Below are positions 30,730 to 48,200 of a stretch of DNA of 64,000 bases, piece after piece (the first letter of the stretch is position 1; each line of letters begins with the position of its first letter). The position numbers and the translations under genes were made by a program. Below the pieces are notes generated by a model. The model was given only the letters and a program-made list of their open reading frames with translations, did no database searches and was not told where the DNA came from. Location of the stretch: positions 62,001-126,000 of the forward strand of contig CAXHJY010000738.1 of assembly GCA_964016885.1 (NCBI GenBank), in the 5' to 3' direction. The DNA is from Eledone cirrhosa. Its lineage: Eukaryota.

Positions 30730-33700
30730 TATATTATAGTACAGTAGGTATATTACAGTACAGTAGGTATATTACAGTAGGTATAATACAGTAAAGTAGG
30801 TATATTACAGTACAGTAGGTATATTACATTACAGAAGGTATAATACAGTACAGTAGGTATATTACAATACAGTAGGTATATTACAGTACAGTAGGTATGT
30901 TACAGTACATTAGGTATATTACAGTACAGTAGGTATATTACAGTACAGTAGGTATATTACAGTACAGTAGGTATATTACAGTACAATAGATATATTACAG
31001 TACAGTAGGTATATTACAGTACAGTAGGTATATTACAGTACAGTAGATAGATTACAGTACATTAGATATATTACAGTACAGTAGATATATTACAGTACAA
31101 TAGGTATATTACAGTACAGTAGGTATATTACAGTACAGTAGATATATTACAGTACAGTAGGTATATTACAGTACAGTAGATATATTACAGTACAGTAGAT
31201 ATATTACAGTACAGTAGGTATATTACAGTACAGTAGGTATATTACAGTACAGTAGGTATATTACAGTACAGTAGGTATATTACAGTACAGTAGATATATT
31301 ACAGTACAGTAGGTATAATACAGTACAGTAGGTATATTACAGTACAGTAGGTATATTACAGTACATTAGGTATATTACAGTACAGTAGTTATAATACAGT
31401 ACAGTAGGTATATTACAGTACAGTAGGTATATTACAGTACAGTAGGTATATTACAGTACAGTAGGTATATTGCAGTACAGTAGGTATATTACAGTACAGT
31501 AGATATAATACAGTACAGTAGATATATTACAGTACAGTAGGTATATTACAGTACAGTTGGAATATTACAGTACAGTAGGTATATTACAGTACAGTAGGTA
31601 TATTACAGTACAGTAGGTATATTACAGTACACTAGGTATATTACAGTACAGTAGGTATATTACAGTACAGTAGATACATTACAGTACAGTAGGTATATTA
31701 CAGTACAGTAGGTATATTACAGTAGGTATATTATAGTACAGTAGATATATTACAGTACAGTAGGTATATTACAGTACTGTAGATATATTACAGTACAGTA
31801 GATATATTACAGTACAGTAGGTATATTACAGTACAGAAGGTATTTTACAGTACAGTAGGTATATAACAGTACAGTAGATATAATACAATACAGTAGATAT
31901 ATTACAGTACAGTAGGTATATTACAGTACAGTAGGTATATTACACTACAGTAGGTATATTACAGTACAGTAGGTATATTAAAGTACAGTAGGTATAATAC
32001 AGTACAGTAGGTATATTACAGTACAGTAGGTATATTACAGTACAGTAGATATATTACAGTACAGTAGATATAATACAGTACAGTAGATATATTACAGTAC
32101 AGTAGGTATATTACAGTACAGTAGGTATATTACAGTACAGTAGGCATATTACAGTACAGTAGGTATATTACAGTACAGTAGATAGATTACAGTACAGTAG
32201 ATATATTACAGTACAGTAGGTATATTACAGTAGGTATATTATAGTACAGTAGATATATTACAGTACAGTAGGTATATTACAGTACTGTAGATATATTACA
32301 GTACAGTAGATATATTACAGTACAGTAGGTATATTACAGTACAGTAGGTATATTACAGTACATTAGGTATATTATAGTACAGTAGGTATAATACAGTACA
32401 GTAGATATATTACAGTACAGTAGGTATATTACAGTACAGTAGGTATATTACAGTACAGTAGATATATTACAGTACAGTAGGTATAATACAGTAAAGTAGG
32501 TATATTACAGTACAGTAGGTATATTACAGTACAGTAGGTATATTACAGTACAGTAGGTATATTACAGTACAGTAGATATATTACAGTACAGTAGGTATAT
32601 TACAGTACAGTAGGTATATTACAGTACAGTAGATAGAGTACAGTACAGTAGATATATTACAGTACAGTAGGTATATTACAGTACAGTAGGTATATTACAG
32701 TACAGTAGGTATATTACAGTACAGTAGGTATATTACAGTACAGTAGGTATATTACAGTACAGTAGGTATATTATAGTACAGTAGGTATATTACAGTACAG
32801 TAGGTATATTACAGTAGGTATAATACAGTAAAGTAGGTATATTACAGTACAGTAGGTATATTACATTACAGAAGGTATAATACAGTACAGTAGGCATATT
32901 ACAGTACAGTAGGTATATTACAGTACAGTAGGTATGTTACAGTACATTAGGTATATTACAGTACAGTAGGTATATTACAGTACAGTAGGTATATTACAGT
33001 ACAGTAGGTATATTACAGTACAATAGATATATTACAGTACAGTAGGTATATTACAGTACAGTAGGTATATTACAGTACAGTAGATAGATTACAGTACATT
33101 AGATATATTACAGTACAGTAGATATATTACAGTACAATAGGTATATTACAGTACAGTAGGTATATTACAGTACAGTAGATATATTACAGTACAGTAGGTA
33201 TATTACAGTACAATAGATATATTACAGTACAGTAGATATATTACAGTACAGTAGGTATATTACAGTACAGTAGGTATATTACAGTACAGTAGGTATATTA
33301 CAGTACAGTAGGTATATTACAGTACAGTAGATATATTACAGTACAGTAGGTATAATACAGTACAGTAGGTATATTACAGTACAGTAGGTATATTACAGTA
33401 CATTAGGTATATTACAGTACAGTAGTTATAATACAGTACAGTAGGTATATTACAGAACAGTAGGTATATTACAGTACAGTAGGTATATTACAGTACAGTA
33501 GGTATATTGCAGTACAGTAGGTATATTACAGTACAGTAGATATAATACAGTACAGTAGATATATTACAGTACAGTAGGTATATTACAGTACAGTTGGAAT
33601 ATTACAGTACAGTAGGTATATTACAGTACAGTAGGTATATTACAGTACAGTAGGTATATTACAGTACACTAGGTATATTACAGTACAGTAGGTATATTAC

Positions 33701-33750
33701 AGTACAGTAGATACATTACAGTACAGTAGGTATATTACAGTACAGTAGGT
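30730..33750. repeat. Partial tandem duplication, period 2,037 bp
   Basis: TTGGAATATTAC at 31557/33594. 2,037 = 108x19-15, matching three 14-bp units in the period (~30780, ~31724, ~32230). Confidence 0.8.
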
Positions 33751-36700
33751 ATATTACAGTACAGTAGGTATATTACAGTACAGTAGGTATATTACAGTAC
33801 AGTAGATATATTACAGTACAGTAGGTATATTACAGTACAGTAGGTATATTACAGTACAGTAGATATATTACAGTACAGTAGGTATATTACAGTACAGTAG
33901 GTATATTACAGTACAGTAGATAGAGTACAGTACAGTAGATATATTACAGTACAGTAGGTATATTACAGTACAGTAGGTATATTACAGTACAGTAGGTATA
34001 TTACAGTACAGTAGGTATATTACAGTACAGTAGATATATTACAGTACAGTAGGTATATTACAGTACAGTAGATAGATTACAGTACAGTAGGTATATTACA
34101 GTACAGTAGATATATTACAGTACAGTAGATATATTACAGTACAGTAGATATATTACAGTACAGTAGATATATTACAGTACAGTAGGTATATTACAGTACA
34201 GTAGATATATTACAGTACAGTAGGTATATTACAGTACAGTAGGTATATTACAGTACAGTAGATATATTACAGTACAGTAGATATATTACAGTACAGTAGG
34301 TATAATACAGTACAGTAGGTATATTACAGTACAGTAGGTATATTACAGTACAGTAGGTATATTACAGTACAGTAGTTATAATACAGTACAGTAGGTATAT
34401 TACAGTACAGTAGTTATAATACAGTACAGTAGGTATATTACAGTACAGTAGGTATATTACAGTACAGAAGGTATTTTACAGTACAGTAGGTATATAACAG
34501 TACAGTAGATATAATACAATACAGTAGATATATTACAGTACAGTAGGTATATTACAGTACAGTAGGTATATTACACTACAGTAGGTATATTACAGTACAG
34601 TAGGTATATTAAAGTACAGTAGGTATAATACAGTACAGTAGGTATATTACAGTACAGTAGGTATATTACAGTACAGTAGATATATTACAGTACAGTAGAT
34701 ATAATACAGTACAGTAGGTATATTACAGTACAGTAGGTATATTACAGTACAGTAGGTATATTACAGTACAGTAGGCATATTACAGTACAGTAGGTATATT
34801 ACAGTACAGTAGATAGATTACAGTACAGTAGATATATTACAGTACAGTAGGTATATTACAGTAGGTATATTATAGTACAGTAGATATATTACAGTACAGT
34901 AGGTATATTACAGTACTGTAGATATATTACAGTACAGTAGATATATTACAGTACAGTAGGTATATTACAGTACAGTAGGTATATTACAGTACATTAGGTA
35001 TATTATAGTACAGTAGGTATAATACAGTACAGTAGATATATTACAGTACAGTAGGTATATTACAGTACAGTAGGTATATTACAGTACAGTAGATATATTA
35101 CAGTACAGTAGGTATAATACAGTAAAGTAGGTATATTACAGTACAGTAGGTATATTACAGTACAGTAGGTATATTACAGTACAGTAGGTATATTACAGTA
35201 CAGTAGATATATTACAGTACAGTAGGTATATTACAGTACAGTAGGTATATTACAGTACAGTAGATAGAGTACAGTACAGTAGATATATTACAGTACAGTA
35301 GGTATATTACAGTACAGTAGGTATATTACAGTACAGTAGGTATATTACAGTACAGTAGGTATATTACAGTACAGTAGGTATATTACAGTACAGTAGATAT
35401 ATTACAGTACAGTAGGTATATTACAGTACAGTAGATAGATTACAGTACAGTAGGTATATTACAGTACAGTAGATATATTACAGTACAGTAGATATATTAC
35501 AGTACAGTAGATATATTACAGTACAGTAGGTATATTACAGTACAGTAGATATATTACAGTACAGTAGGTATATTACAGTACAGTAGATATATTACAGTAC
35601 AGTAGGTATATTACAGTACAGTAGGTATATTACAGTACAGTAGGTATATTACAGTACAGTAGGTATATTACAGTACAGTAGTTATAATACAGTACAGTAG
35701 GTATATTACAGTACAGTAGTTATAATACAGTACAGTAGGTATATTACAGTACAGTAGGTATATTACAGTACAGTCGGTATATTACAGTACAGTAGATATA
35801 TTACAGTACAGTAGGTATATTACAGTACAGTAGGTATATTACAGTACAGTAGGTTTATTACAGTACAGTAGATATATTACAGTACGGTAGTTATATTACA
35901 GTACAGTAGGTATATTACAGTACAGTAGGTATATTACTGTACAGTAGGTATATTACAGTACAGTAGATATATTACAGTACAGTAGTTATATTACAGTACA
36001 GTAGGTATATTACAGTACAGTAGGTATATTACAGTACAGTAGATATATTACAGTACAGTAGGTATATTACAGTACAGTAGGTATATTACAGTACAGTAGG
36101 TATATTACAGTACATTAGGTATATTACAGTACAGTAGGTATATTACACTACAGTAGGTATATTACAGTACAGTAGGTATATTAAAGTACAGTAGGTATAA
36201 TACAGTACAGTAGGTATATTACAGTACAGTAGGTATATTACAGTACAGTAGATATATTACAGTACAGTAGATATAATACAGTACAGTAGATATATTACAG
36301 TACAGTAGGTATATTACAGTACAGTAGGCATATTACAGTACAGTAGGTATATTACAGTACAGTAGGTATATTACAGTACAGTAGGTATATTACAGTACAG
36401 TAGGCATATTACAGTACAGTAGGTATATTACAGTACAGTAGATAGATTACAGTACAGTAGATATATTACAGTACAGTAGGTATATTACAGTAGGTATATT
36501 ATAGTACAGTAGATATATTACAGTACAGTAGGTATATTACAGTACTGTAGATATATTACAGTACAGTAGATATATTACAGTACAGTAGGTATATTACAGT
36601 ACAGTAGGTATATTACAGTACATTAGGTATATTATAGTACAGTAGGTATAATACAGTACAGTAGATATATTACAGTACAGTAGGTATATTACAGTACAGT

Positions 36701-39700
36701 AGGTATATTACAGTACAGTAGATATATTACAGTACAGTAGGTATAATACAGTAAAGTAGGTATATTACAGTACAGTAGGTATATTACAGTACAGTAGGTA
36801 TATTACAGTACAGTAGGTATATTACAGTACAGTAGATATATTACAGTACAGTAGGTATATTACAGTACAGTAGGTATATTACAGTACAGTAGATAGAGTA
36901 CAGTACAGTAGATATATTACAGTACAGTAGGTATATTACAGTACAGTAGGTGTATTACAGTACAGTAGATATATTACAGTACTACAGTACAGTAGGTATA
37001 TTACAGTTCAGTAGATATATTACAGTACAGTAGGTATATTACAGTACAGTAGGTATATTACAGTACAGTAGGTATATTACAGTGCAGTAGGTATATTACA
37101 GTACAGTAGATATATTACAGTACAGTAGGTATATTACAGTACAGTAGATAGATTACAGTACAGTAGGTATATTACAGTACAGTAGATATATTACAGTACA
37201 GTAGATATATTACAGTACAGTAGGTATATTACAGTACAGTAGATATATTACAGTACAGTAGGTATATTACAGTACAGTAGATATATTACAGTACAGTAGG
37301 TATATTACAGTACAGTAGGTATATTACAGTACAGTAGGTATAATACAGTACAGTAGGTATATTACAGTACAGTAGATATATTACAGTACAGTAGGTATAT
37401 TACAGTACAGTAGTTATAATACAGTACAGTAGCTATATTACAGTACAGTAGTTATAATACAGTACAGTAGGTATATTACAGTACAGTAGGTATATTACAG
37501 TACAGTAGGTATATTACAGTACAGTAGATATATTACAGTACAGTAGGTATATTACAGTACAGTAGATAGATTACAGTACAGTAGGTATAATACAGTACAG
37601 TAGGTATATTACAGTACAGTAGGTATATTACAGTACAGTAGGTATATTACAGTACAGTAGTTATAATACAGTACAGTAGGTATATTACAGTACAGTAGTT
37701 ATAATACAGTACAGTAGGTATATTACAGTACAGTAGGTATATTACAGTACAGTAGGTATTTTACAGTACAGTAGGTATATTACAGTACAGTAGATATAAT
37801 ACAATACAGTAGATATATTACAGTACAGTAGGTATATTACAGTACAGTAGGTATATTACAGTACAGTAGGTATATTACACTACAGTAGATATATTACAGT
37901 ACAGTAGGTATATTACAGTACAGTAGGTATAATACCATACAGTAGGTATATAACAGTACAGTAGGTATATTACAGTACAGTAGGTATAATACAGTACAGT
38001 AGATATATTACAGTACAGTAGGTATATTACAGTACAGTAGGTATATTACAGTACAGTAGGTATATTACAGTACAGTAGATATATTACAGTACAGTAGATA
38101 TATTACAGTACAGTAGATATATTACAGTACAGTAGGTATATTACAGTACAGTAGATAGATTACAGTACAGTAGATAGATTACAGTACAGTAGGTATATTA
38201 CAGTACAGTAGATAGATTACAGTACAGTAGATATATTACAGTACAGTAGGTATATTACAGTACAGTAGGTATATTACAGTACAGTAGGTATATTACAGTA
38301 CAGTAGGTATAATACAGTACAGTAGGTATATTACAGTACAGTAGGTATATTACAGTACAATAGATATATTACAGTACAGTAGGTATATTACAGTACAGTA
38401 GGTATATTACAGTACAGTAGATAGAGTACAGTACAGTAGATATATTACAGTACACTAGGTATATTACAGTACAGTAGGTATATTACAGTACAGTAGGTAT
38501 ATTACAGTACAGTAGGTATATTACAGTACAGTAGATATATTACAGTACAGTAGGTATATTACAATACAGTAGGTATATTACAGTACAGTAGGTATATTAC
38601 AGTACAGTAGGTATATTACAGTACAGTAGATATATTACAGTACAGTAGATATATTACAGTACAGTAGATAGATTACAGTACAGTAGATATATTACAGTAC
38701 AGTAGGTATATTATAGTACAGTAGGTATATTACAGTACAGTAGGTATATTACAGTACAGTAGGTATAATACAGTAAAGTAGGTATATTACAGTACAGTAG
38801 GTATATTACATTACAGAAGGTATAATACAGTACAGTAGGTATATTACAGTACAGTAGGTATATTACAGTACAGTAGGTATGTTACAGTACATTAGGTATA
38901 TTACAGTACTGTAGGTATATTACAGTACAGTAGGTATATTACAGTACAGTAGGTATATCACAGTACAGTAGATATATTACAGTACAGTAGGTATATTACA
39001 GTACAGTAGGTATATTACAGTACAGTAGATAGAGTACAGTACAGTAGATATATTACAGTACAGTAGGTATAATACAGTACAGTAGGTATATTACAGTACA
39101 GTAGGTATATTACAGTACAGTAGGTATATTACAGTACAGTAGGTATATTACAGTACAGTAGATATATTGCAGTCCAGTAGGTATATTACAGTACAGTAGG
39201 TATATTACAGTACAGTAGGTATATTACAGTACAGTAGATATATTACAGTACAGTAGGTATATTACAGTACAGTAGGTATATTACAGTACAGTAGATAGAG
39301 TACAGTACAGTAGATATATTACAGTACAGTAGGTATAATACAGTACAGTAGGTATATTACAGTACAGTAGGTATATTACAGTACAGTAGGTATATTACAG
39401 TACAGTAGGTATATTACAGTACAGTAGGTATATTACAGTACAGTAGATATATTGCAGTACAGTAGGTATATTACAGTACAGTAGATAGATTACAGTACAT
39501 TAGATATATTACAGTACAGTAGGTATATTACAGTACAGTAGATATATTACAGTACAGTAGGTATATTACAGTACAGTAGATAGATTACAGTACAGTAGGT
39601 ATAATACAGTACAGTAGGTATATTACAGTACAGTAGGTATATTACAGTACAGTAGGTATATTACAGTACAGTAGTTATAATACAGTACAGTAGGTATATT

Positions 39701-42700
39701 ACAGTACAGTAGTTATAATACAGTACAGTAGGTATATTACAGTACAGTAGGTATATTACAGTACAGTAGGTATTTTACAGTACAGTAGGTATATTACAGT
39801 ACAGTAGATATAATACAATACAGTAGATATATTACAGTACAGTAGGTATATTACAGTACAGTAGGTATATTACAGTACAGTAGGTATATTACACTACAGT
39901 AGATATATTACAGTACAGTAGGTATATTACAGTACAGTAGGTATAATACCATACAGTAGGTATATTACAGTACAGTAGGTATATTACAGTACAGTAGGTA
40001 TTTTACAGTACAGTAGGTATATTACAGTACAGTAGATATAATACAATACAGTAGATATATTACAGTACAGTAGGTATATTACAGTACAGTAGGTATATTA
40101 CAGTACAGTAGGTATATTACAGTACAGTAGGTATAATACAGTACAGTAGGTATATTACAGTACAGTAGGTATATTACAGTACAGTAGGTATAATACAGTA
40201 CAGTAGGTATATTACAGTACAGTAGTTATATTACAGTACAGTAGGTATGTTACAGTACAGTAGGTATATTACAGTACAGTTGGTATATTACAGTACAGTA
40301 GGTATATTACAGTACAGTAGGTATATTACAGTACAATAGATATATTACAGTACAGTAGGTATATTACAGTACAGTAGGTATATTACAGTACAGTAGATAG
40401 AGTACAGTACAGTAGATATATTACAGTACAGTAGGTATATTACAGTACAGTAGGTATATTACAGTACAGTAGGTATATTACAGTACAGTAGGTATATTAC
40501 AGTACAGTAGATATATTACAGTACAGTAGGTATATTACAATACAGTAGGTATATTACAGTACAGTAGGTATATTACAGTACAGTAGGTATATTACAGTAC
40601 AGTAGATATATTACAGTACAGTAGATATATTACTGTACAGTAGATAGATTACAGTACAGTAGATATATTACATTACACTAGGTATATTACAGTACAGTAG
40701 ATATATTACAGTACAGTAGGTATATTATAGTACAGTAGGTATATTACAGTACAGTAGGTATATTACAGTACAGTAGGTATATTGCAGTACAGTAGGTATA
40801 TTACAGTACAGTAGGTATATTACATTACAGAAGGTATAATACAGTACAGTAGGTATATTACAGTACAGTAGGTATATTACAGTACATTAGGTATATTACA
40901 GTACAGTAGTTATAATACAGTACAGTAGGTATATTACAGTACAGTAGGTATATTACAGTACAGTAGGTATATTACAGTACAGTAGGTATATTGCAGTACA
41001 GTAGGTATATTACAGTACAGTAGATATAATACAGTACAGTAGATATATTACAGTACAGTAGGTATATTACAGTACAGTTGGAATATTACAGTACAGTAGG
41101 TATATTACAGTACAGTAGGTATATTACAGTACAGTAGGTATATTACAGTACACTAGGTATATTACAGTACAGTAGGTATATTACAGTACAGTAGATACAT
41201 TACAGTACAGTAGGTATATTACAGTACAGTAGGTATATTACAGTACAGTAGGTATATTACAGTACAGTAGGTATATTACAGTACAGTAGATATATTACAG
41301 TACAGTAGGTATATTACAGTACAGTAGGTATATTACAGTACAGTAGATATATTACAGTACAGTAGGTATATTACAGTACAGTAGGTATATTACAGTACAG
41401 TAGATAGAGTACAGTACAGTAGATATATTACAGTACAGTAGGTATATTACAGTACAGTAGGTATATTACAGTACAGTAGGTATATTACAGTACAGTAGGT
41501 ATATTACAGTACAGTAGATATATTACAGTACAGTAGGTATATTACAGTACAGTAGATAGATTACAGTACAGTAGGTATATTACAGTACAGTAGATATATT
41601 ACAGTACAGTAGATATATTACAGTACAGTAGATATATTACAGTACAGTAGATATATTACAGTACAGTAGGTATATTACAGTACAGTAGATATATTACAGT
41701 ACAGTAGGTATATTACAGTACAGTAGGTATATTACAGTACAGTAGATATATTACAGTACAGTAGATATATTACAGTACAGTAGGTATAATACAGTACAGT
41801 AGGTATATTACAGTACAGTAGGTATATTACAGTACAGTAGGTATATTACAGTACAGTAGTTATAATACAGTACAGTAGGTATATTACAGTACAGTAGTTA
41901 TAATACAGTACAGTAGGTATATTACAGTACAGTAGGTATATTACAGTACAGAAGGTATTTTACAGTACAGTAGGTATATAACAGTACAGTAGATATAATA
42001 CAATACAGTAGATATATTACAGTACAGTAGGTATATTACAGTACAGTAGGTATATTACACTACAGTAGGTATATTACAGTACAGTAGGTATATTAAAGTA
42101 CAGTAGGTATAATACAGTACAGTAGGTATATTACAGTACAGTAGGTATATTACAGTACAGTAGATATATTACAGTACAGTAGATATAATACAGTACAGTA
42201 GATATATTACAGTACAGTAGGTATATTACAGTACAGTAGGTATATTACAGTACACTAGGCATATTACAGTACAGTAGGTATATTACAGTACAGTAGATAG
42301 ATTACAGTACAGTAGATATATTACAGTACAGTAGGTATATTACAGTAGGTATATTATAGTACAGTAGATATATTACAGTACAGTAGGTATATTACAGTAC
42401 TGTAGATATATTACAGTACAGTAGATATATTACAGTACAGTAGGTATATTACAGTACAGTAGGTATATTACAGTACATTAGGTATATTATAGTACAGTAG
42501 GTATAATACAGTACAGTAGATATATTACAGTACAGTAGGTATATTACAGTACAGTAGGTATATTACAGTACAGTAGATATATTACAGTACAGTAGGTATA
42601 ATACAGTAAAGTAGGTATATTACAGTACAGTAGGTATATTACAGTACAGTAGGTATATTACAGTACAGTAGGTATATTACAGTACAGTAGATATATTACA

Positions 42701-45700
42701 GTACAGTAGGTATATTACAGTACAGTAGGTATATTACAGTACAGTAGATAGAGTACAGTACAGTAGATATGTTACAGTACAGTAGGTATATTACAGTACA
42801 GTAGGTATATTACAGTACAGTAGGTATATTACAGTACAGTAGGTATATTACAGTACAGTAGGTATATTACAGTACAGTAGATATATTACAGTACAGTAGG
42901 TATATTACAGTACAGTAGATAGATTACAGTACAGTAGGTATATTACAGTACAGTAGATATATTACAGTACAGTAGATATATTACAGTACAGTAGATATAT
43001 TACAGTACATTAGGTATATTACAGTACAGTAGATATATTACAGTACAGTAGGTATATTACAGTACAGTAGATATATTACAGTACAGTAGGTATATTACAG
43101 TACAGTAGGTATATTACAGTACAGTAGGTATATTACAGTACAGTAGTTATAATACAGTACAGTAGGTATATTACAGTACAGTAGTTATAATACAGTACAG
43201 TAGGTATATTACAGTACAGTAGGTATATTACAGTACAGTAGGTATATTACAGTACAGTAGATATATTACAGTACAGTAGGTATATTACAGTACAGTAGGT
43301 ATATTACAGTACAGTAGGTTTATTACAGTACAGTAGATATATTACAGTACGGTAGTTATATTACAGTACAGTAGGTATATTACAGTACAGTAGGTATATT
43401 ACAGTACAGTAGGTATATTACTGTACAGTAGGTATATTACAGTACAGTAGATATATTACAGTACAGTAGTTATATTACAGTACAGTAGGTATATTACAGT
43501 ACAGTAGGTATATTACAGTACAGTAGATATATTACAGTACAGTAGGTATATTACAGTACAGTAGGTATATTACAGTACAGTAGGTATATTACAGTACAGT
43601 AGGTATATTACAGTACAGTAGGTATATTACACTACAGTAGGTATATTACAGTACAGTAGGTATATTAAAGTACAGTAGGTATAATACAGTACAGTAGGTA
43701 TATTACAGTACAGTAGGTATATTACAGTACAGTAGATATATTACAGTACAGTAGATATAATACAGTACAGTAGATATATTACAGTACAGTAGGTATATTA
43801 CAGTACAGTAGGCATATTACAGTACAGTAGGTATATTACAGTACAGTAGGTATATTACAGTACAGTAGGTATATTACAGTACAGTAGGCATATTACAGTA
43901 CAGTAGGTATATTACAGTACAGTAGATAGATTACAGTACAGTAGATATATTACAGTACAGTAGGTATATTACAGTAGGTATATTATAGTACAGTAGATAT
44001 ATTACAGTACAGTAGGTATATTACAGTACTGTAGATATATTACAGTACAGTAGATATATTACAGTACAGTAGGTATATTACAGTACAGTAGGTATATTAC
44101 AGTACATTAGGTATATTATAGTACAGTAGGTATAATACAGTACAGTAGATATATTACAGTACAGTAGGTATATTACAGTACAGTAGGTATATTACAGTAC
44201 AGTAGATATATTACAGTACAGTAGGTATAATACAGTAAAGTAGGTATATTACAGTACAGTAGGTATATTACAGTACAGTAGGTATATTACAGTACAGTAG
44301 GTATATTACAGTACAGTAGATATATTACAGTACAGTAGGTATATTACAGTACAGTAGGTATATTACAGTACAGTAGATAGAGTACAGTACAGTAGATATA
44401 TTACAGTACAGTAGGTATATTACAGTACAGTAGGTGTATTACAGTACAGTAGATATATTACAGTACTACAGTACAGTAGGTATATTACAGTTCAGTAGAT
44501 ATATTACAGTACAGTAGGTATATTACAGTACAGTAGGTATATTACAGTACAGTAGGTATATTACAGTGCAGTAGGTATATTACAGTACAGTAGATATATT
44601 ACAGTACAGTAGGTATATTACAGTACAGTAGATAGATTACAGTACAGTAGGTATATTACAGTACAGTAGATATATTACAGTACAGTAGATATATTACAGT
44701 ACAGTAGGTATATTACAGTACAGTAGATATATTACAGTACAGTAGGTATATTACAGTACAGTAGATATATTACAGTACAGTAGGTATATTACAGTACAGT
44801 AGGTATATTACAGTACAGTAGATATATTACAGTACAGTAGATATATTACAGTACAGTAGGTATAATACAGTACAGTAGGTATATTACAGTACAGTAGATA
44901 TATTACAGTACAGTAGGTATATTACAGTACAGTAGTTATAATACAGTACAGTAGCTATATTACAGTACAGTAGTTATAATACAGTACAGTAGGTATATTA
45001 CAGTACAGTAGGTATATTACAGTACAGTAGGTATATTACAGTACAGTAGATATATTACAGTACAGTAGGTATATTACAGTACAGTAGATAGATTACAGTA
45101 CAGTAGGTATAATACAGTACAGTAGGTATATTACAGTACAGTAGGTATATTACAGTACAGTAGGTATATTACAGTACAGTAGTTATAATACAGTACAGTA
45201 GGTATATTACAGTACAGTAGTTATAATACAGTACAGTAGGTATATTACAGTACAGTAGGTATATTACAGTACAGTAGGTATTTTACAGTACAGTAGGTAT
45301 ATTACAGTACAGTAGATATAATACAATACAGTAGATATATTACAGTACAGTAGGTATATTACAGTACAGTAGGTATATTACAGTACAGTAGGTATATTAC
45401 ACTACAGTAGATATATTACAGTACAGTAGGTATATTACAGTACAGTAGGTATAATACCATACAGTAGGTATATAACAGTACAGTAGGTATATTACAGTAC
45501 AGTAGGTATAATACAGTACAGTAGATATATTACAGTACAGTAGGTATATTACAGTACAGTAGGTATATTACAGTACAGTAGGTATATTACAGTACAGTAG
45601 ATATATTACAGTACAGTAGATATATTACAGTACAGTAGATATATTACAGTACAGTAGGTATATTACAGTACAGTAGATAGATTACAGTACAGTAGATAGA

Positions 45701-48200
45701 TTACAGTACAGTAGGTATATTACAGTACAGTAGATAGATTACAGTACAGTAGATATATTACAGTACAGTAGGTATATTACAGTACAGTAGGTATATTACA
45801 GTACAGTAGGTATATTACAGTACAGTAGGTATAATACAGTACAGTAGGTATATTACAGTACAGTAGGTATATTACAGTACAGTAGGTATAATACAGTACA
45901 GTAGGTATATTACAGTACAGTAGTTATATTACAGTACAGTAGGTATGTTACAGTACAGTAGGTATATTACAGTACAGTTGGTATATTACAGTACAGTAGG
46001 TATATTACAGTACAGTAGGTATATTACAGTACAATAGATATATTACAGTACAGTAGGTATATTACAGTACAGTAGGTATATTACAGTACAGTAGATAGAG
46101 TACAGTACAGTAGATATATTACAGTACAGTAGGTATATTACAGTACAGTAGGTATATTACAGTACAGTAGGTATATTACAGTACAGTAGGTATATTACAG
46201 TACAGTAGATATATTACAGTACAGTAGGTATATTACAATACAGTAGGTATATTACAGTACAGTAGGTATATTACAGTACAGTAGGTATATTACAGTACAG
46301 TAGATATATTACAGTACAGTAGATATATTACAGTACAGTAGATAGATTACAGTACAGTAGATATATTACAGTACAGTAGGTATATTATAGTACAGTAGGT
46401 ATATTACAGTACAGTAGGTATATTACAGTACAGTAGATATAATACAGGAAAGTAGGTATATTACAGTACAGTAGGTATATTACATTACAGAAGGTATAAT
46501 ACAGTACAGTAGGTATATTACAGTACAGTAGGTATATTACAGTACAGTAGGTATGTTACAGTACATTAGGTATATTACAGTACAGTAGGTATATTACAGT
46601 ACAGTAGGTATATTACAGTACAGTAGGTATATCACAGTACAGTAGATATATTACAGTACAGTAGGTATATTACAGTACAGTAGGTATATTACAGTACAGT
46701 AGATAGAGTACAGTACAGTAGATATATTACAGTACAGTAGGTATAATACAGTACAGTAGGTATATTACAGTACAGTAGGTATATTACAGTACAGTAGGTA
46801 TATTACAGTACAGTAGGTATATTACAGTACAGTAGATATATTGCAGTCCAGTAGGTATATTACAGTACAGTAGGTATATTACAGTACAGTAGGTATATTA
46901 CAGTACAGTAGATATATTACAGTACAGTAGGTATATTACAGTACAGTAGGTATATTACAGTACAGTAGATAGAGTACAGTACAGTAGATATATTACAGTA
47001 CAGTAGGTATAATACAGTACAGTAGGTATATTACAGTACAGTAGGTATATTACAGTACAGTAGGTATATTACAGTACAGTAGGTATATTACAGTACAGTA
47101 GGTATATTACAGTACAGTAGATATATTGCAGTACAGTAGGTATATTACAGTACAGTAGATAGATTACAGTACATTAGATATATTACAGTACAGTAGGTAT
47201 ATTACAGTACAGTAGATATATTACAGTACAGTAGGTATATTACAGTACAGTAGATAGATTACAGTACAGTAGGTATAATACAGTACAGTAGGTATATTAC
47301 AGTACAGTAGGTATATTACAGTACAGTAGGTATATTACAGTACAGTAGTTATAATACAGTACAGTAGGTATATTACAGTACAGTAGTTATAATACAGTAC
47401 AGTAGGTATATTACAGTACAGTAGGTATATTACAGTACAGTAGGTATTTTACAGTACAGTAGGTATATTACAGTACAGTAGATATAATACAATACAGTAG
47501 ATATATTACAGTACAGTAGGTATATTACAGTACAGTAGGTATATTACAGTACAGTAGGTATATTACACTACAGTAGATATATTACAGTACAGTAGGTATA
47601 TTACAGTACAGTAGGTATAATACCATACAGTAGGTATATTACAGTACAGTAGGTATATTACAGTACAGTAGGTATTTTACAGTACAGTAGGTATATTACA
47701 GTACAGTAGATATAATACAATACAGTAGATATATTACAGTACAGTAGGTATATTACAGTACAGTAGGTATATTACAGTACAGTAGGTATATTACAGTACA
47801 GTAGGTATAATACAGTACAGTAGGTATATTACAGTACAGTAGGTATATTACAGTACAGTAGGTATAATACAGTACAGTAGGTATATTACAGTACAGTAGT
47901 TATATTACAGTACAGTAGGTATGTTACAGTACAGTAGGTATATTACAGTACAGTTGGTATATTACAGTACAGTAGGTATATTACAGTACAGTAGGTATAT
48001 TACAGTACAATAGATATATTACAGTACAGTAGGTATATTACAGTACAGTAGGTATATTACAGTACAGTAGATAGAGTACAGTACAGTAGATATATTACAA
48101 TACAGTAGGTATATTACAGTACAGTAGGTATATTACAGTACAGTAGGTATATTACAGTACAGTAGGTATATTACAGTACAGTAGATATATTACAGTACAG
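33350..48200. repeat. Higher-order tandem duplication, period ~7.5 kb
   Basis: TTGGAATATTAC 33594/41078 and AGTACTACAG 36978/44462, both offset 7,484. The offset drifts to 7,522 (TAGCT 37430/44952) and 7,674 (GTCC 39172/46846) by whole-monomer indels. Confidence 0.85.
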